Shown: in pieces, positions 29,839 through 39,355 of the stretch | Layout of the letters: each line of letters opens with the position of its first letter | Position numbering within the stretch: the first letter of the stretch is position 1 | NCBI GenBank assembly: GCA_036339735.1 | Contig: JAYZAL010000064.1 | Coordinates: forward strand, 64,001-128,000 | Source of the DNA: Candidatus Poribacteria bacterium | Lineage (GTDB): Bacteria; Poribacteria; WGA-4E; UBA9662 | Direction of reading: 5' to 3' | Length of the DNA stretch: 64,000 nucleotides | Notes under the pieces: generated by a model | The model's database searches: none | What the model was told of the DNA's origin: nothing | What the model saw: the letters and a program-made list of their open reading frames with translations, nothing else | Position numbers and translations under genes: made by a program

Positions 29839-31425
29839 ATGAATACACATACGTTGACAATGAAGCTCGAAAAAAAATACTTATTATTTCCCATTTTTAA
29901 TGGTGTAGATATGACTCATATCGATGTTAGTATTGAAGGCCAAAATGTACGTGAGTTTGACGCAGAACTTGCAACTGATATTTCAAAAATTAGTTTTTGG
30001 TCTTTCCTAGATATAACTGAATTTCATGGCCAATCAGCAACAATCCAACTAAGGGGTGCAACCGAAACCGGAATCAATTTGATACGTCAATCAGAAGAAA
30101 TTCCAGAAATTGATATGTTTTATCGTGAGTCTTTACGACCACAATTTCATTTCTCGCAGCTAGTTGGTTGGAATAATGACCCAAACGGATTGGTATATTA
30201 CGATGGTGAATGGCATCTCTATTTTCAACACAACCCTTACGGCTGGAAGTGGGGAAATATGCATTGGGGGCACGCAGTCAGTAATGACTTAATACATTGG
30301 AAGCAGAAGCCTATTTCGATTTACAACAAACGTCGCGGGGACTGGGCTTTTTCCGGCGGTGCAGTTGTGGATGAAAACAATACGGGTGGATGGCAAACAG
30401 ACCAAGAGAAAGTTATTGTGGCTTCTTGGACCAGTACAGGCCGAGGTGAGTGTATTTCTTATAGTAATGATCGAGGTCAGACTTTTACTGAATACGAAGA
30501 AAATCCTGTGATTAAACATCAAGGCCGTGATCCCAAGATTATTTGGTACGCCAAAAAAAAACAATGGGTGATGGCTGTCTACACTGAAACTTCATCTGAG
30601 ACAGAAGAAAAAGAATTAGTACGGTCAATTGCATTTTACACTTCGAATGACCTTAAGAGATGGTCTTTTCAAAGTCAACTTGATGGTTATTATGAATGTC
30701 CTGAAATATTTGAGATGCCTGTAAATGAGAATCAGGATGATACTCGCTGGGTTATCTTTGCTGCTGATGGCCAGTATTCAATAGGTTACTTTGATGGACA
30801 AATATTCACGCCTGAACATGATAAAAAACAGCGGGTACATTACGGTCAGTACTACGCTTCCCAAACTTTTAGTAATAGTCCTGATGGGCGGCGTATACAA
30901 ATAGGATGGGCACAAATTGAAATGGAAGGAATGCCATTCAATCAAACTTTTAGTTTTCCGCATGTTCTTACACTTCGAAAAACCGATGACGGTTTGCGAT
31001 TATTTGCAGAACCCATCCAAGAAATTGAGATTCTACACCAAACCCAACACACCATCGAAAATGTTGATTTAACCGACAATCAAACTGCTAGATTGAAGGT
31101 CAGAGGGGAGTTATTTGACATCCGCGCTAATTTTATATTAGAAGGGGCAAAGAGTCTTGGCATCGACATAGGCGGAGAGAAGATAACTTATGATGTATCA
31201 AAAGGTTTACTGAATGATGTTCCATTAGAGCCCGAAAGCAATCAAATAACGTTGCAAATTCTGGTTGATCGTCCAATGCTAGAAATTATTGGGAATCGTG
31301 GTCGAGTATTTATTACCAGTAGCCGGCGTATTTTGGGTGTGGTAGAAACTATTTCGGCTTTTGCTGAAGGTGGTTCAGCTAAATTAGTTGGTTTGGAAGT
31401 TAATCAGCTAAAGTCAATTTGGTAG
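29839..31425 (+). CDS. GH32 beta-fructofuranosidase/levanase
   Basis: WNNDPNG, WGHAVS, FSG, RDP, YECP, YASQTF. Confidence 0.94.
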   Translation: MNTHTLTMKLEKKYLLFPIFNGVDMTHIDVSIEGQNVREFDAELATDISKISFWSFLDITEFHGQSATIQLRGATETGINLIRQSEEIPEIDMFYRESLRPQFHFSQLVGWNNDPNGLVYYDGEWHLYFQHNPYGWKWGNMHWGHAVSNDLIHWKQKPISIYNKRRGDWAFSGGAVVDENNTGGWQTDQEKVIVASWTSTGRGECISYSNDRGQTFTEYEENPVIKHQGRDPKIIWYAKKKQWVMAVYTETSSETEEKELVRSIAFYTSNDLKRWSFQSQLDGYYECPEIFEMPVNENQDDTRWVIFAADGQYSIGYFDGQIFTPEHDKKQRVHYGQYYASQTFSNSPDGRRIQIGWAQIEMEGMPFNQTFSFPHVLTLRKTDDGLRLFAEPIQEIEILHQTQHTIENVDLTDNQTARLKVRGELFDIRANFILEGAKSLGIDIGGEKITYDVSKGLLNDVPLEPESNQITLQILVDRPMLEIIGNRGRVFITSSRRILGVVETISAFAEGGSAKLVGLEVNQLKSIW

Positions 31426-31657
31426 ACATGAAATCAAGGTTGATCAATTTGGTTTTAAATTTTGAAAAAGTTAGCCTACCACGTTAGGTCGTCCTGGGAA
31501 TCAGAAAGAAGAGAAGAATTGTAGAGATTTATTGGAATATACTCAGCTAATTTAGAAGAAAGTCTCTGAGTAAGTTGAACTACCTCATTAGTAAAACAAT
31601 ATAACATAGACAATTTCTCTCACACACAAACGAGATTACAATGAGAGATACTCGTTG

Positions 31658-31686
31658 TTGACACCTAACACCTGTTTTGCTAGAAT
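31658..31686 (+). promoter_or_regulatory. Sigma70-type promoter
   Basis: TTGACA-N17-TAGAAT with extended TG. Confidence 0.7.
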
Positions 31687-31719
31687 CAACCGCTTACGAT
31701 AGAAAAAGGATTTTTGTTA

Positions 31720-32763
31720 ATGTCTGTAAAAACATGTTTGATGATTGGGGCTAGTGGCCGTGCTGGTAGCTGGATTCGTACGTTTACAGATCAGTTCAGT
31801 GAACGAGTAAAAATCGTTGGCTTAGTCGACGTAAACCAAGAAGTTTTAGAAAATCAAGGACATAAGTTAGGATTGAGTAAAAACCAATTATTTAATGATC
31901 ATCAGGTTGCTATCAACTCAGTAAAAGCTGACTTTTGTGGGATTTCCACACCTCCTCAATTTCATAGCTCTGCTGCTGTATTAGCCATGAACCGAGGAAT
32001 GCCGGTAATTAGTGAAAAACCAATTGCAGACACACTAGATTCAGCAAAACTGATGGTGAAAGCCTCAGTCGAAACAGGTCTTCCATGTGCTATCATGCAA
32101 AATTATCGTTATGCGAGAAATAAGCAAGAGGTCGTCAAGATTCGGGAAGAGGGACGATTAGGACGACTACAGCATGTCTTTGGTCGTTACGCATGCGATT
32201 ACCGTGAATATCTTTCTTGGGGGCGTGCATGGCGCCATGACATGGACTTCGGTCTACTATTTGAAGGCTCTGTACACCATTTTGATATGCTGCGATTTTT
32301 GTCTGGTGGTGACTGTGAAACACTAATGGGATTTGGATGGAACCCCGAATGGTCAAGTTTTAAACACTACTCCAGCGGTTACTATTTGATGCGAATGAAT
32401 AACGGCGTACATGCTTGTTATGAAGGAAATAGTAGTGCTGCAGGTATAACTAATTGTTGGAACAGCGAACACTACCGACTGGAATTTGAGGATGGTACGG
32501 TCGAAATAGCTGAAGGGAATGATGTTAAGATACACAGAACTGGTCAAGCAAGTGAAGTTTACACAGCTCCAGATATTTCAAAGCATGGGGATATTCATTT
32601 TTTTGACGAGTTTCTGACGTGGCTTGACGGTGGTCCCCCTTCAGCTACCAGAATTACCGACAATATTAAGAGTTTTGCTTTGGTTATTGCTGCAATGGAT
32701 ACCACGCTTGATGGTCAACCTAAAGACTTAAGCAGATATTTATCTGACTTGTCCATTGATTAG
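31720..32763 (+). CDS. Gfo/Idh/MocA oxidoreductase
   Basis: IGASG, TPPQFH, SEKP, QNYRY, HHFD. Confidence 0.9.
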   Translation: MSVKTCLMIGASGRAGSWIRTFTDQFSERVKIVGLVDVNQEVLENQGHKLGLSKNQLFNDHQVAINSVKADFCGISTPPQFHSSAAVLAMNRGMPVISEKPIADTLDSAKLMVKASVETGLPCAIMQNYRYARNKQEVVKIREEGRLGRLQHVFGRYACDYREYLSWGRAWRHDMDFGLLFEGSVHHFDMLRFLSGGDCETLMGFGWNPEWSSFKHYSSGYYLMRMNNGVHACYEGNSSAAGITNCWNSEHYRLEFEDGTVEIAEGNDVKIHRTGQASEVYTAPDISKHGDIHFFDEFLTWLDGGPPSATRITDNIKSFALVIAAMDTTLDGQPKDLSRYLSDLSID

Positions 32764-32808
32764 TTGATATTTATTTTTCTAGTCAGTGATTGTAGATGTT
32801 ACGCAAAA

Positions 32809-34344
32809 ATGATGAAGGTCAACCGTCGGTCATTCTTAAAACTATCTACTGCAGCATTGATTAGTGCATGTCAAAAAGATAAGACAAGTGTCTCGCCCGA
32901 TGATATTGCTTACAGTGTTCGTATTGATTCCGATCAGGAAGTAGGTCATCAGATATTGTGGAGACATAGTTTAGGAAAGGGAACTCTAAAAAATACGGAT
33001 TACTTGATCGTTGGCGGTGGGTTGTCAGGTTTATCAGCAGCCACACAACTAGCCGGTCGAAATTTTGTCTTATGTGAATTGTCTTCCCAATTGGGGGGGA
33101 CTTCTAGTCAACAGGTTTTTGCGGGCGAGTCATTCTCTCAAGGTGCTCATTATGATTTAGCTTACCCTGCCAACTATGGTAAAGAAGTTTTAAGACTCTT
33201 GGAACAGCTTAAGATCATTCGGTTGGACCCGACGCAAGGCTTGTGGGGTTTTGTTGATAAAAAATACCTGATCAACGAAAATCAGGCAGAATTGATTTGG
33301 ACTCAAAAAGGGTTTCGCCATGAGATGTTACCAAAGGGGCTGCCCAAAACTGAGTTTCTAGAATTGATCAGTCAATACCAAGGTCATATGAGGCTGCCAA
33401 CTCGATTGATCGATAGTCAGTTTCATAATCTAAATCGGATTACCTTCAGAGACTTCCTCATCCAGTCATTACATTTTCATCGAGAATTTGAGAACCTCAT
33501 TGACTACCAAATGCACGATGATTATGGGGCTGGTTCTCGGCATGTATCCGCTCTCGCGGGTATTCACTACTATGCTTGTCGCCCTTACTATAATAAAAAG
33601 GTTGAGTTGTTTTCACCACCAGAAGGTAACTACTATTTCGTCCAAAAATTAGCAAATGAACTTGATCCTACGAAACTAAAAACTCAACATTTGGTTAGAT
33701 CTATCAAGTCTATTCAATCCGGCTTTCGGGTGGAAGTAGCAGATTTATCTACTGGACTTCTCGATGTTTATAAAACTCAATTCATCATTTACGCAGGACA
33801 AAAGCATTCTTTATCCTATGTTTTTCAAGCTGATGCCCATTTGTTTACTGAAAACATTTATGCACCTTGGCTGGTTGTGAACTTTATACTACGAAATCAA
33901 CTTCGTACCGATGCCTATTGGCAAAACGATATGATTTTTGAATCAGATGAACCCCATAAACGGAAATTTATGGGGTTTATAGACAATGCAGGTCAAGTTC
34001 AGCGAAACCCAAATGTTCGGGTTTTGACAGCTTATTATTGCTTTGCACCAGATCAACGACAATTCTTGAGTCAAATCAAAACACACGCCGCAAATATCGT
34101 TGCTAAAACAATCAAACAGATTAATACTCACCTTGATCAGGAGATTACTCCCCTAATTCAGGGGGTTTTTTTGAAAGTTTTAGGGCATGCCATGCCGATA
34201 CCAACTGTGAACTACCTGTTCAATGATCAAAATAAATATCGATCAAAATCTAATCTAGTTTACGCAGGGGTTGATAATGGTCGATTACCATTACTGTTTG
34301 AAGCCATCGATAGTGGTATTCAAGCCGTTAAACTCCTCGATTAA
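32809..34344 (+). CDS. Tat-lipoprotein FAD-dependent (amine oxidase-like) oxidoreductase
   Basis: MKVNRRSFLK...ISAC (Tat motif plus lipobox); IVGGGLSGLSAA, LGGTS, GAHY, DDYG..VSALAGIHY, GHAMPIP, LFEA. Confidence 0.85.
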   Translation: MMKVNRRSFLKLSTAALISACQKDKTSVSPDDIAYSVRIDSDQEVGHQILWRHSLGKGTLKNTDYLIVGGGLSGLSAATQLAGRNFVLCELSSQLGGTSSQQVFAGESFSQGAHYDLAYPANYGKEVLRLLEQLKIIRLDPTQGLWGFVDKKYLINENQAELIWTQKGFRHEMLPKGLPKTEFLELISQYQGHMRLPTRLIDSQFHNLNRITFRDFLIQSLHFHREFENLIDYQMHDDYGAGSRHVSALAGIHYYACRPYYNKKVELFSPPEGNYYFVQKLANELDPTKLKTQHLVRSIKSIQSGFRVEVADLSTGLLDVYKTQFIIYAGQKHSLSYVFQADAHLFTENIYAPWLVVNFILRNQLRTDAYWQNDMIFESDEPHKRKFMGFIDNAGQVQRNPNVRVLTAYYCFAPDQRQFLSQIKTHAANIVAKTIKQINTHLDQEITPLIQGVFLKVLGHAMPIPTVNYLFNDQNKYRSKSNLVYAGVDNGRLPLLFEAIDSGIQAVKLLD

Positions 34345-34377
34345 AACTCATTTATTGATAAATAGACAGAGTCTTTC

Positions 34378-34407
34378 TTGTTCATGAGAGTTATCCTATG
34401 GTATGAT
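34378..34407 (+). promoter_or_regulatory. Candidate promoter upstream of a long leader
   Basis: TTGTTC-N18-TATGAT with extended TG. Confidence 0.45.
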
Positions 34408-34409
34408 TT

Positions 34410-34711
34410 GGCCGTTTATTCCGGCCCCGACTGCTGTCAAAGAATAGTCAATCCCATGACATCGTAAGAGACATTCGTCGGGTTGAGTGTCGGTTTGCCT
34501 AACGGGACTCGCGTTGTTTCATTGTTATACATAGTTCAGCTTATCCTGCTTAGTAAATCGGAGACACGGGCTGAGTTGTACTTCTTACAACCAAAAGACA
34601 CGTAGAGAATAAGTTCTCCTGCAAGATCTGTTTATAAAGTATATATTCGGTAATGATGACAATAGGAGGTACAGTTTCCTCACTATAGAAAGCGTGGGGG
34701 CGGCTGCGAGT
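34410..34711 (+). ncRNA. Candidate structured leader or ncRNA, family not recognised
   Basis: Several helices with G-U pairs on the + strand, e.g. 34573-34587 with 34663-34677 and 34507-34520 with 34697-34711. Confidence 0.4.
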
Positions 34712-34716
34712 ATTTT

Positions 34717-35508
34717 ATGAAAGTCGGCTTATGTACAATTGCTTTCCGTGAGCGTTCTCTGGAGGACGTTATTTCTATTGCTTCTGACTATGGTTTTGAT
34801 GGGGTTGAGATTTGGGGGAAACCCCCCCATATGCCTGAGGAGTATGACGTAAAGTACATTGAAAAAGTTCGAAACCTTGTCAGTTCTAAAGGATTGGAAG
34901 TGACCGCCTTCGGGTCCTATGTTCACCCATTATTATCACTACACCAAAAACACTTTGAAGTGGCCGCAAATATCGCGCAAGGCCTAGGAACTAGACTGTT
35001 GAGGATTTGGTCTGGTGGAGGCTCATCCAAAAGTATTTTGCCGACAGATAAACGTTCTCTCTTCTTTCGTCTGTCTAGCTTGTCACAATGGGCTCAATTT
35101 CGGGAACTAACACTGGGTTTAGAAATGCACGATAATAATTTCAGCGATTCAGCTACCACAACCCAGGAATTGCTAGATTATGTCAAGTCTCCTGCGCTCA
35201 AAACGTACTGGCAACCGTCTTTTCGCTCTGGTGCCGATGACCCAATTGAGTCAATTGAGCTGCTGGGTAAAAAGATTATTAATGTTCACGCGCAAAATGC
35301 TGATGAAAACGGAAAAGGTTGTGGACTGGCTGATGGTATCATAGATTATAATGAAGTCGTACAAAAATTGGCTGATATCGGTTACGATGGGTATTTAGAG
35401 GTGGAGTTTATTCATGGTGAGAATAAACTTTCGGCATTACAGAGGGATCGAGACTTTCTTGTTAGCCTGACTGATACCATTGCTTACTCGTCCAGCCAAA
35501 ATATTTAG
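34717..35508 (+). CDS. Sugar phosphate isomerase/epimerase family protein
   Basis: GFDGVEIWG..H, RIWSG, EMH, YWQP, NVHAQN, EVEF. Confidence 0.85.
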   Translation: MKVGLCTIAFRERSLEDVISIASDYGFDGVEIWGKPPHMPEEYDVKYIEKVRNLVSSKGLEVTAFGSYVHPLLSLHQKHFEVAANIAQGLGTRLLRIWSGGGSSKSILPTDKRSLFFRLSSLSQWAQFRELTLGLEMHDNNFSDSATTTQELLDYVKSPALKTYWQPSFRSGADDPIESIELLGKKIINVHAQNADENGKGCGLADGIIDYNEVVQKLADIGYDGYLEVEFIHGENKLSALQRDRDFLVSLTDTIAYSSSQNI

Positions 35509-35531
35509 TTGTAAGTATAATTTGTACTACA

Positions 35532-36455
35532 ATGGACAACTCCAAAGTTTTTGATCTTTCTCCTTACCCATTACTACAGCAGATAGGACAAACACCTCTG
35601 GTGCAAGTTGATCTAACCAGAGATCAGTTTCCAGGGATTGAGGTTTATGCTAAAGCCGAAATGCTTAATCCTGGTGGGTCAATAAAAGATCGACCAGTTC
35701 TTCGTATGCTAACTCAGGCGATTCTAGATGGCAACCTTACAAAAGACAAGGTGATTCTGGATTCTAGTTCTGGAAATGCCGGCATTGCCTATTCGATGAT
35801 TGGAGCAGTATTGGGATATGAAGTTGAACTAGTTATACCGGAAAATGCCAGCCAAGAAAGAAAAAAACGAATGCAGGCACACAATGCGAACATGATATTC
35901 ACTGATGCAGTCCATGGCTATGATGAAGCACTCAGAGAAGTACATCGCCGTTATCACGCCTTACCTGAAAAGTATTTCATGGCTGATCAATATAAAAACG
36001 AAAATAACTGGCGTGCGCACTTTGAGACGACAGCAGTTGAAATTTTGCAGCAAACGGAGGGTAAAATTACCCATTTTGTCGCCGGAGTTGGAACAGGTGG
36101 TACGATCACAGGTGTTGGTAGGCGATTGAAAGAGTTTAATCCTAATATTCAGATTTGCTCAATTGTGCCAGACGACTTCCCTGGTATAGAAGGTTTGAAA
36201 CCTTTAGGGAGACCGGAAGATATTGTGCCAGAAATTTATGATGACAGCGTAGTTGATGTAAAATTACCGGTTACTATTGACGATGCTTACGATATGTGTA
36301 ATGAATTAGCGCGTAAAGGTTGGTTTGTAGGTCAATCTTCAGGTGCTTACATGAAAGGCGTATACGATATCGCCAGAGAAATTCGAGAAGGCCTAATTGT
36401 TACCATATTTTGTGATCTAGGTGAGCGTTACTTTAGTACTCGTTTATGGGATTAG
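35532..36455 (+). CDS. PLP-dependent cysteine synthase family protein (CysM-like)
   Basis: IGQTPL, KAEMLNPGGSIKDR, SSGNAG, GVGTGGT, GIEGLK, SSGA, D.GERY. Confidence 0.92.
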   Translation: MDNSKVFDLSPYPLLQQIGQTPLVQVDLTRDQFPGIEVYAKAEMLNPGGSIKDRPVLRMLTQAILDGNLTKDKVILDSSSGNAGIAYSMIGAVLGYEVELVIPENASQERKKRMQAHNANMIFTDAVHGYDEALREVHRRYHALPEKYFMADQYKNENNWRAHFETTAVEILQQTEGKITHFVAGVGTGGTITGVGRRLKEFNPNIQICSIVPDDFPGIEGLKPLGRPEDIVPEIYDDSVVDVKLPVTIDDAYDMCNELARKGWFVGQSSGAYMKGVYDIAREIREGLIVTIFCDLGERYFSTRLWD

Positions 36456-36477
36456 AGACAAGGGAAACAGGAAACAT

Positions 36478-37764
36478 ATGGCAGAAGTACTTCCGTTCCA
36501 AGGTGTTCGTTTCAATACTGACCGGATCACTGATCCAGAGAATGTTATCGCGCCACCCTACGATGTGATTTATGAAGCTGATCGTATTGCGTTAGAAAAA
36601 CAGCATCCGAATAATATTGTCCGTCTAATTTTAAGTCAGCCTACTGATCAAGATACGGACCAGAATAATCAATATACGCGTGCGGCCAGTAGCTTACGTA
36701 AGTGGTTACAAGATGGTATTTTGTTACAAGACTCTAAACCATGTTACTACATTTACGATCAAGGCTTTATCACACCTGATGGAAAAGACTATATTCGTCG
36801 AGCGCTTGTGGCCGTGGGCAAATTACATCAGTTTGCTGACCGCGTGATTTTACCACACGAAAAAACGCTCGCGGCTCCTAAAGCCGATCGCCTTAATTTG
36901 ATGCGTCAAACACACGCCCAACTTAGTCCAATTTTTTTGCTTTATTCTGACCAGGAAGGAATAGTTGAGCAAGAGATGGAAGCTTTTACACAAAACCACA
37001 GGCCATCCATGGATTTAAGTGAGAAATTTGGCTCAACTCACCGAGTATGGAAAGTCGATGATATTACTGTTGGTCGGCGAATTCGGCAATCATTTGTCAA
37101 TAAGTCATTATTAATTGCCGATGGGCACCACCGCTATGAGACTGCTTTGGCCTTCCGAGATGAAATGAAAGCTAAAAAACAAGATTGGTCTCTTCAGGAT
37201 CCATGTAACTATGTAATGATGAATTTGGTTTGTATGGAATCTGATGGGTTAGCTGTACTTCCCATCAACCGACTTTTGCATAATTTAGACCCCGCAGTCA
37301 TCCAAAAAGCCCAGAATGAGTTAATTAGTCGTTTTGAATTGCAGGTTTTTGGTGATTTAGACAGTTTGAAATCAGCTCAAACTAAGTTGGCTAATATCAA
37401 ACCATCATTTGGTTATTACACTGGTGGTAGTCAGTTTCAATTGATAATTGCACAACCTCCAAGTCAAACAGAATCAAGCTTGAATCGTTTGGATATTAAA
37501 ATTTTACATGACCAAATCATCAAAAATATATTTGGTATCGATACAACCGTTGCCGAAGACCAGAAAAAAATTAGTTATAAAGCCAATACAGAACAAGCGA
37601 TTGAATCAGTTTCGTCTGGCGAATTTCAAGCTGCTATTTTGCCTAACCCGACCAGTGTTAGCCAAGTATATGATGTGGCATTGGAAGGTGAGACAATGCC
37701 TCAGAAATCTACATTCTTCTACCCTAAGCTTGCTACGGGTATTGCGATACATCTAATGCGCTAG
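36478..37764 (+). CDS. DUF1015 family protein
   Basis: APPYDVI, ILPHEKT...KADRL, SPIF, IADGHHRYETA, MPQKSTFFYPKL.TG. Confidence 0.92.
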   Translation: MAEVLPFQGVRFNTDRITDPENVIAPPYDVIYEADRIALEKQHPNNIVRLILSQPTDQDTDQNNQYTRAASSLRKWLQDGILLQDSKPCYYIYDQGFITPDGKDYIRRALVAVGKLHQFADRVILPHEKTLAAPKADRLNLMRQTHAQLSPIFLLYSDQEGIVEQEMEAFTQNHRPSMDLSEKFGSTHRVWKVDDITVGRRIRQSFVNKSLLIADGHHRYETALAFRDEMKAKKQDWSLQDPCNYVMMNLVCMESDGLAVLPINRLLHNLDPAVIQKAQNELISRFELQVFGDLDSLKSAQTKLANIKPSFGYYTGGSQFQLIIAQPPSQTESSLNRLDIKILHDQIIKNIFGIDTTVAEDQKKISYKANTEQAIESVSSGEFQAAILPNPTSVSQVYDVALEGETMPQKSTFFYPKLATGIAIHLMR

Positions 37765-37926
37765 ATACAGTAAAGCTGGAAATGTATATTTGAAATTAGA
37801 AATTAAATCTGATTTGTTACTATTCGTTTGCTGGGTTATTGGCTTTAAGTAAGACGGACAGAAATTAGATTTCGTATTATAATCGTCTCAATAAGCCGAT
37901 TCCGTCGGCGGGGAGTAATTCATCGA

Positions 37927-38265
37927 GTGAGAAAAGCAAATAGGAAACAGCGGTTTCATCAACGCAAACGAACTAAGAGTGCCAACCAAAATAACAAGAA
38001 TAAGAAAAAGGTAAATCAACCTCAAACGACTGTTGAAGAACAAAGTCCATCCAACGACCAAAAAATTAAGGCTGAAGGTGCAATTCTAGAAGCATTGCCA
38101 AATGCAACATTTCGGGTTGAGCTAGAGAATGGACATGAAGTGATGGCCCATATATCAGGCAAAATGAGAAAATATTTCATCCGTATTATGCCAGGAGACA
38201 AAGTCACAGTTGAATTATCTCCTTACGATTTGACACGCGGGCGAATCACTTACCGAATTCCGTAA
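37927..38265 (+). CDS. infA: Translation initiation factor IF-1 with N-terminal extension
   Basis: [56 protein letters not shown]. Confidence 0.95.
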   Translation: MRKANRKQRFHQRKRTKSANQNNKNKKKVNQPQTTVEEQSPSNDQKIKAEGAILEALPNATFRVELENGHEVMAHISGKMRKYFIRIMPGDKVTVELSPYDLTRGRITYRIP

Positions 38266-38336
38266 ATTAGAACTATGAAATAAACGTCAACCCACAATCA
38301 AATCTCCAACGTAACCAAGAAGGCTAATCTAGTCCA

Positions 38337-39179
38337 ATGCGGCTATCTGCACTGACGGTTTTTGTTGACCCTCAACAACCTGAACTCGATCGACTTCAGA
38401 AAGAACTCCGTTCCATGCGTAGGCGGGTTATGAGAATGACAGTCGATCTAGAAAAATTGAATGTGGCTGTTTTGAATGTGGAACAAGAATACCAATTGCG
38501 TCTTTCTAGAGCTTACAGAGAACTGGAAGAAACGGAACTCTCCACACAACAATTCCAGTTACGCCTGAGGTTAGTTAGCGAAGGAGTCGCAACTGATGCA
38601 ATCGAAAATAGAGTTGCAGATTGCTTTGAAAGTAGATGGGAACGACTGAATAACTTGTATTCAACTAATCCCAATGCTAAGGTCGATACTACCTCACCTG
38701 ACCCCATCAATAATTCTCGACAAGAACAACTACAACAAGTTTATCATCAATTAGCAAAAAGCTTCCACCCGGACAAAGCATCAGTTAATCTACCCGATTC
38801 CGAAATGATGGTTCGTATTAATCGAGCTTACGAAACGAATGATCTGAAAACGTTACTAAGGATTCAAGAAGGCTCTAGCAACATAGATTCCATTGATAAA
38901 TCAGAATCAGTAGTTGTTCAAAAAAAACGGATTGAGTGGGCTATTAGAAGAACAAAAAGATTTATTGGAGATCTCACAATCGAAATAGCAAGAGTAAAAT
39001 CTAGTGAGGGGTATCGACTGAAGACCGCTTTTGATGATTGCCAGAAAAATGGGAAAGATCTGTTTTCTGATCTCATTAAAGATGTACAGCGTAAGACAAA
39101 TCGGGCTAATCAACATCTACAAGCGCTACGGAAAAAATTTAATCGGATTTTGTCAACCAAACGTAGGGTAGAGGAGTAG
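38337..39179 (+). CDS. Coiled-coil protein with internal J-domain-like HPD module
   Basis: Heptad-rich flanks; YHQLAKSFHPDK...MVRINRAYE. Confidence 0.75.
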   Translation: MRLSALTVFVDPQQPELDRLQKELRSMRRRVMRMTVDLEKLNVAVLNVEQEYQLRLSRAYRELEETELSTQQFQLRLRLVSEGVATDAIENRVADCFESRWERLNNLYSTNPNAKVDTTSPDPINNSRQEQLQQVYHQLAKSFHPDKASVNLPDSEMMVRINRAYETNDLKTLLRIQEGSSNIDSIDKSESVVVQKKRIEWAIRRTKRFIGDLTIEIARVKSSEGYRLKTAFDDCQKNGKDLFSDLIKDVQRKTNRANQHLQALRKKFNRILSTKRRVEE

Positions 39180-39355
39180 GTCACCAATGGCTCTATCTTA
39201 TTCGTTTGTTTAGGCTAGGACTCGCTCTGTTCAAACAAAGAGTCAGTATTAAATATCACAATTCTTTTCCTAAAAGGTCATAATAGATAATTTTCGTTGA
39301 TCTTGGCATCTTTACTTAACCTATTGACTTCAACATACAGACAGGAATCTACCAC

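Noticed and set aside
34538..34615. SAM-I (S-box) riboswitch upstream of cysteine synthase
   Set aside because: CTTATC and CAACC are present, but the GAGGGA/kink-turn, GGTGC and closing GATAAG are absent. Kept only as an unassigned structured leader.
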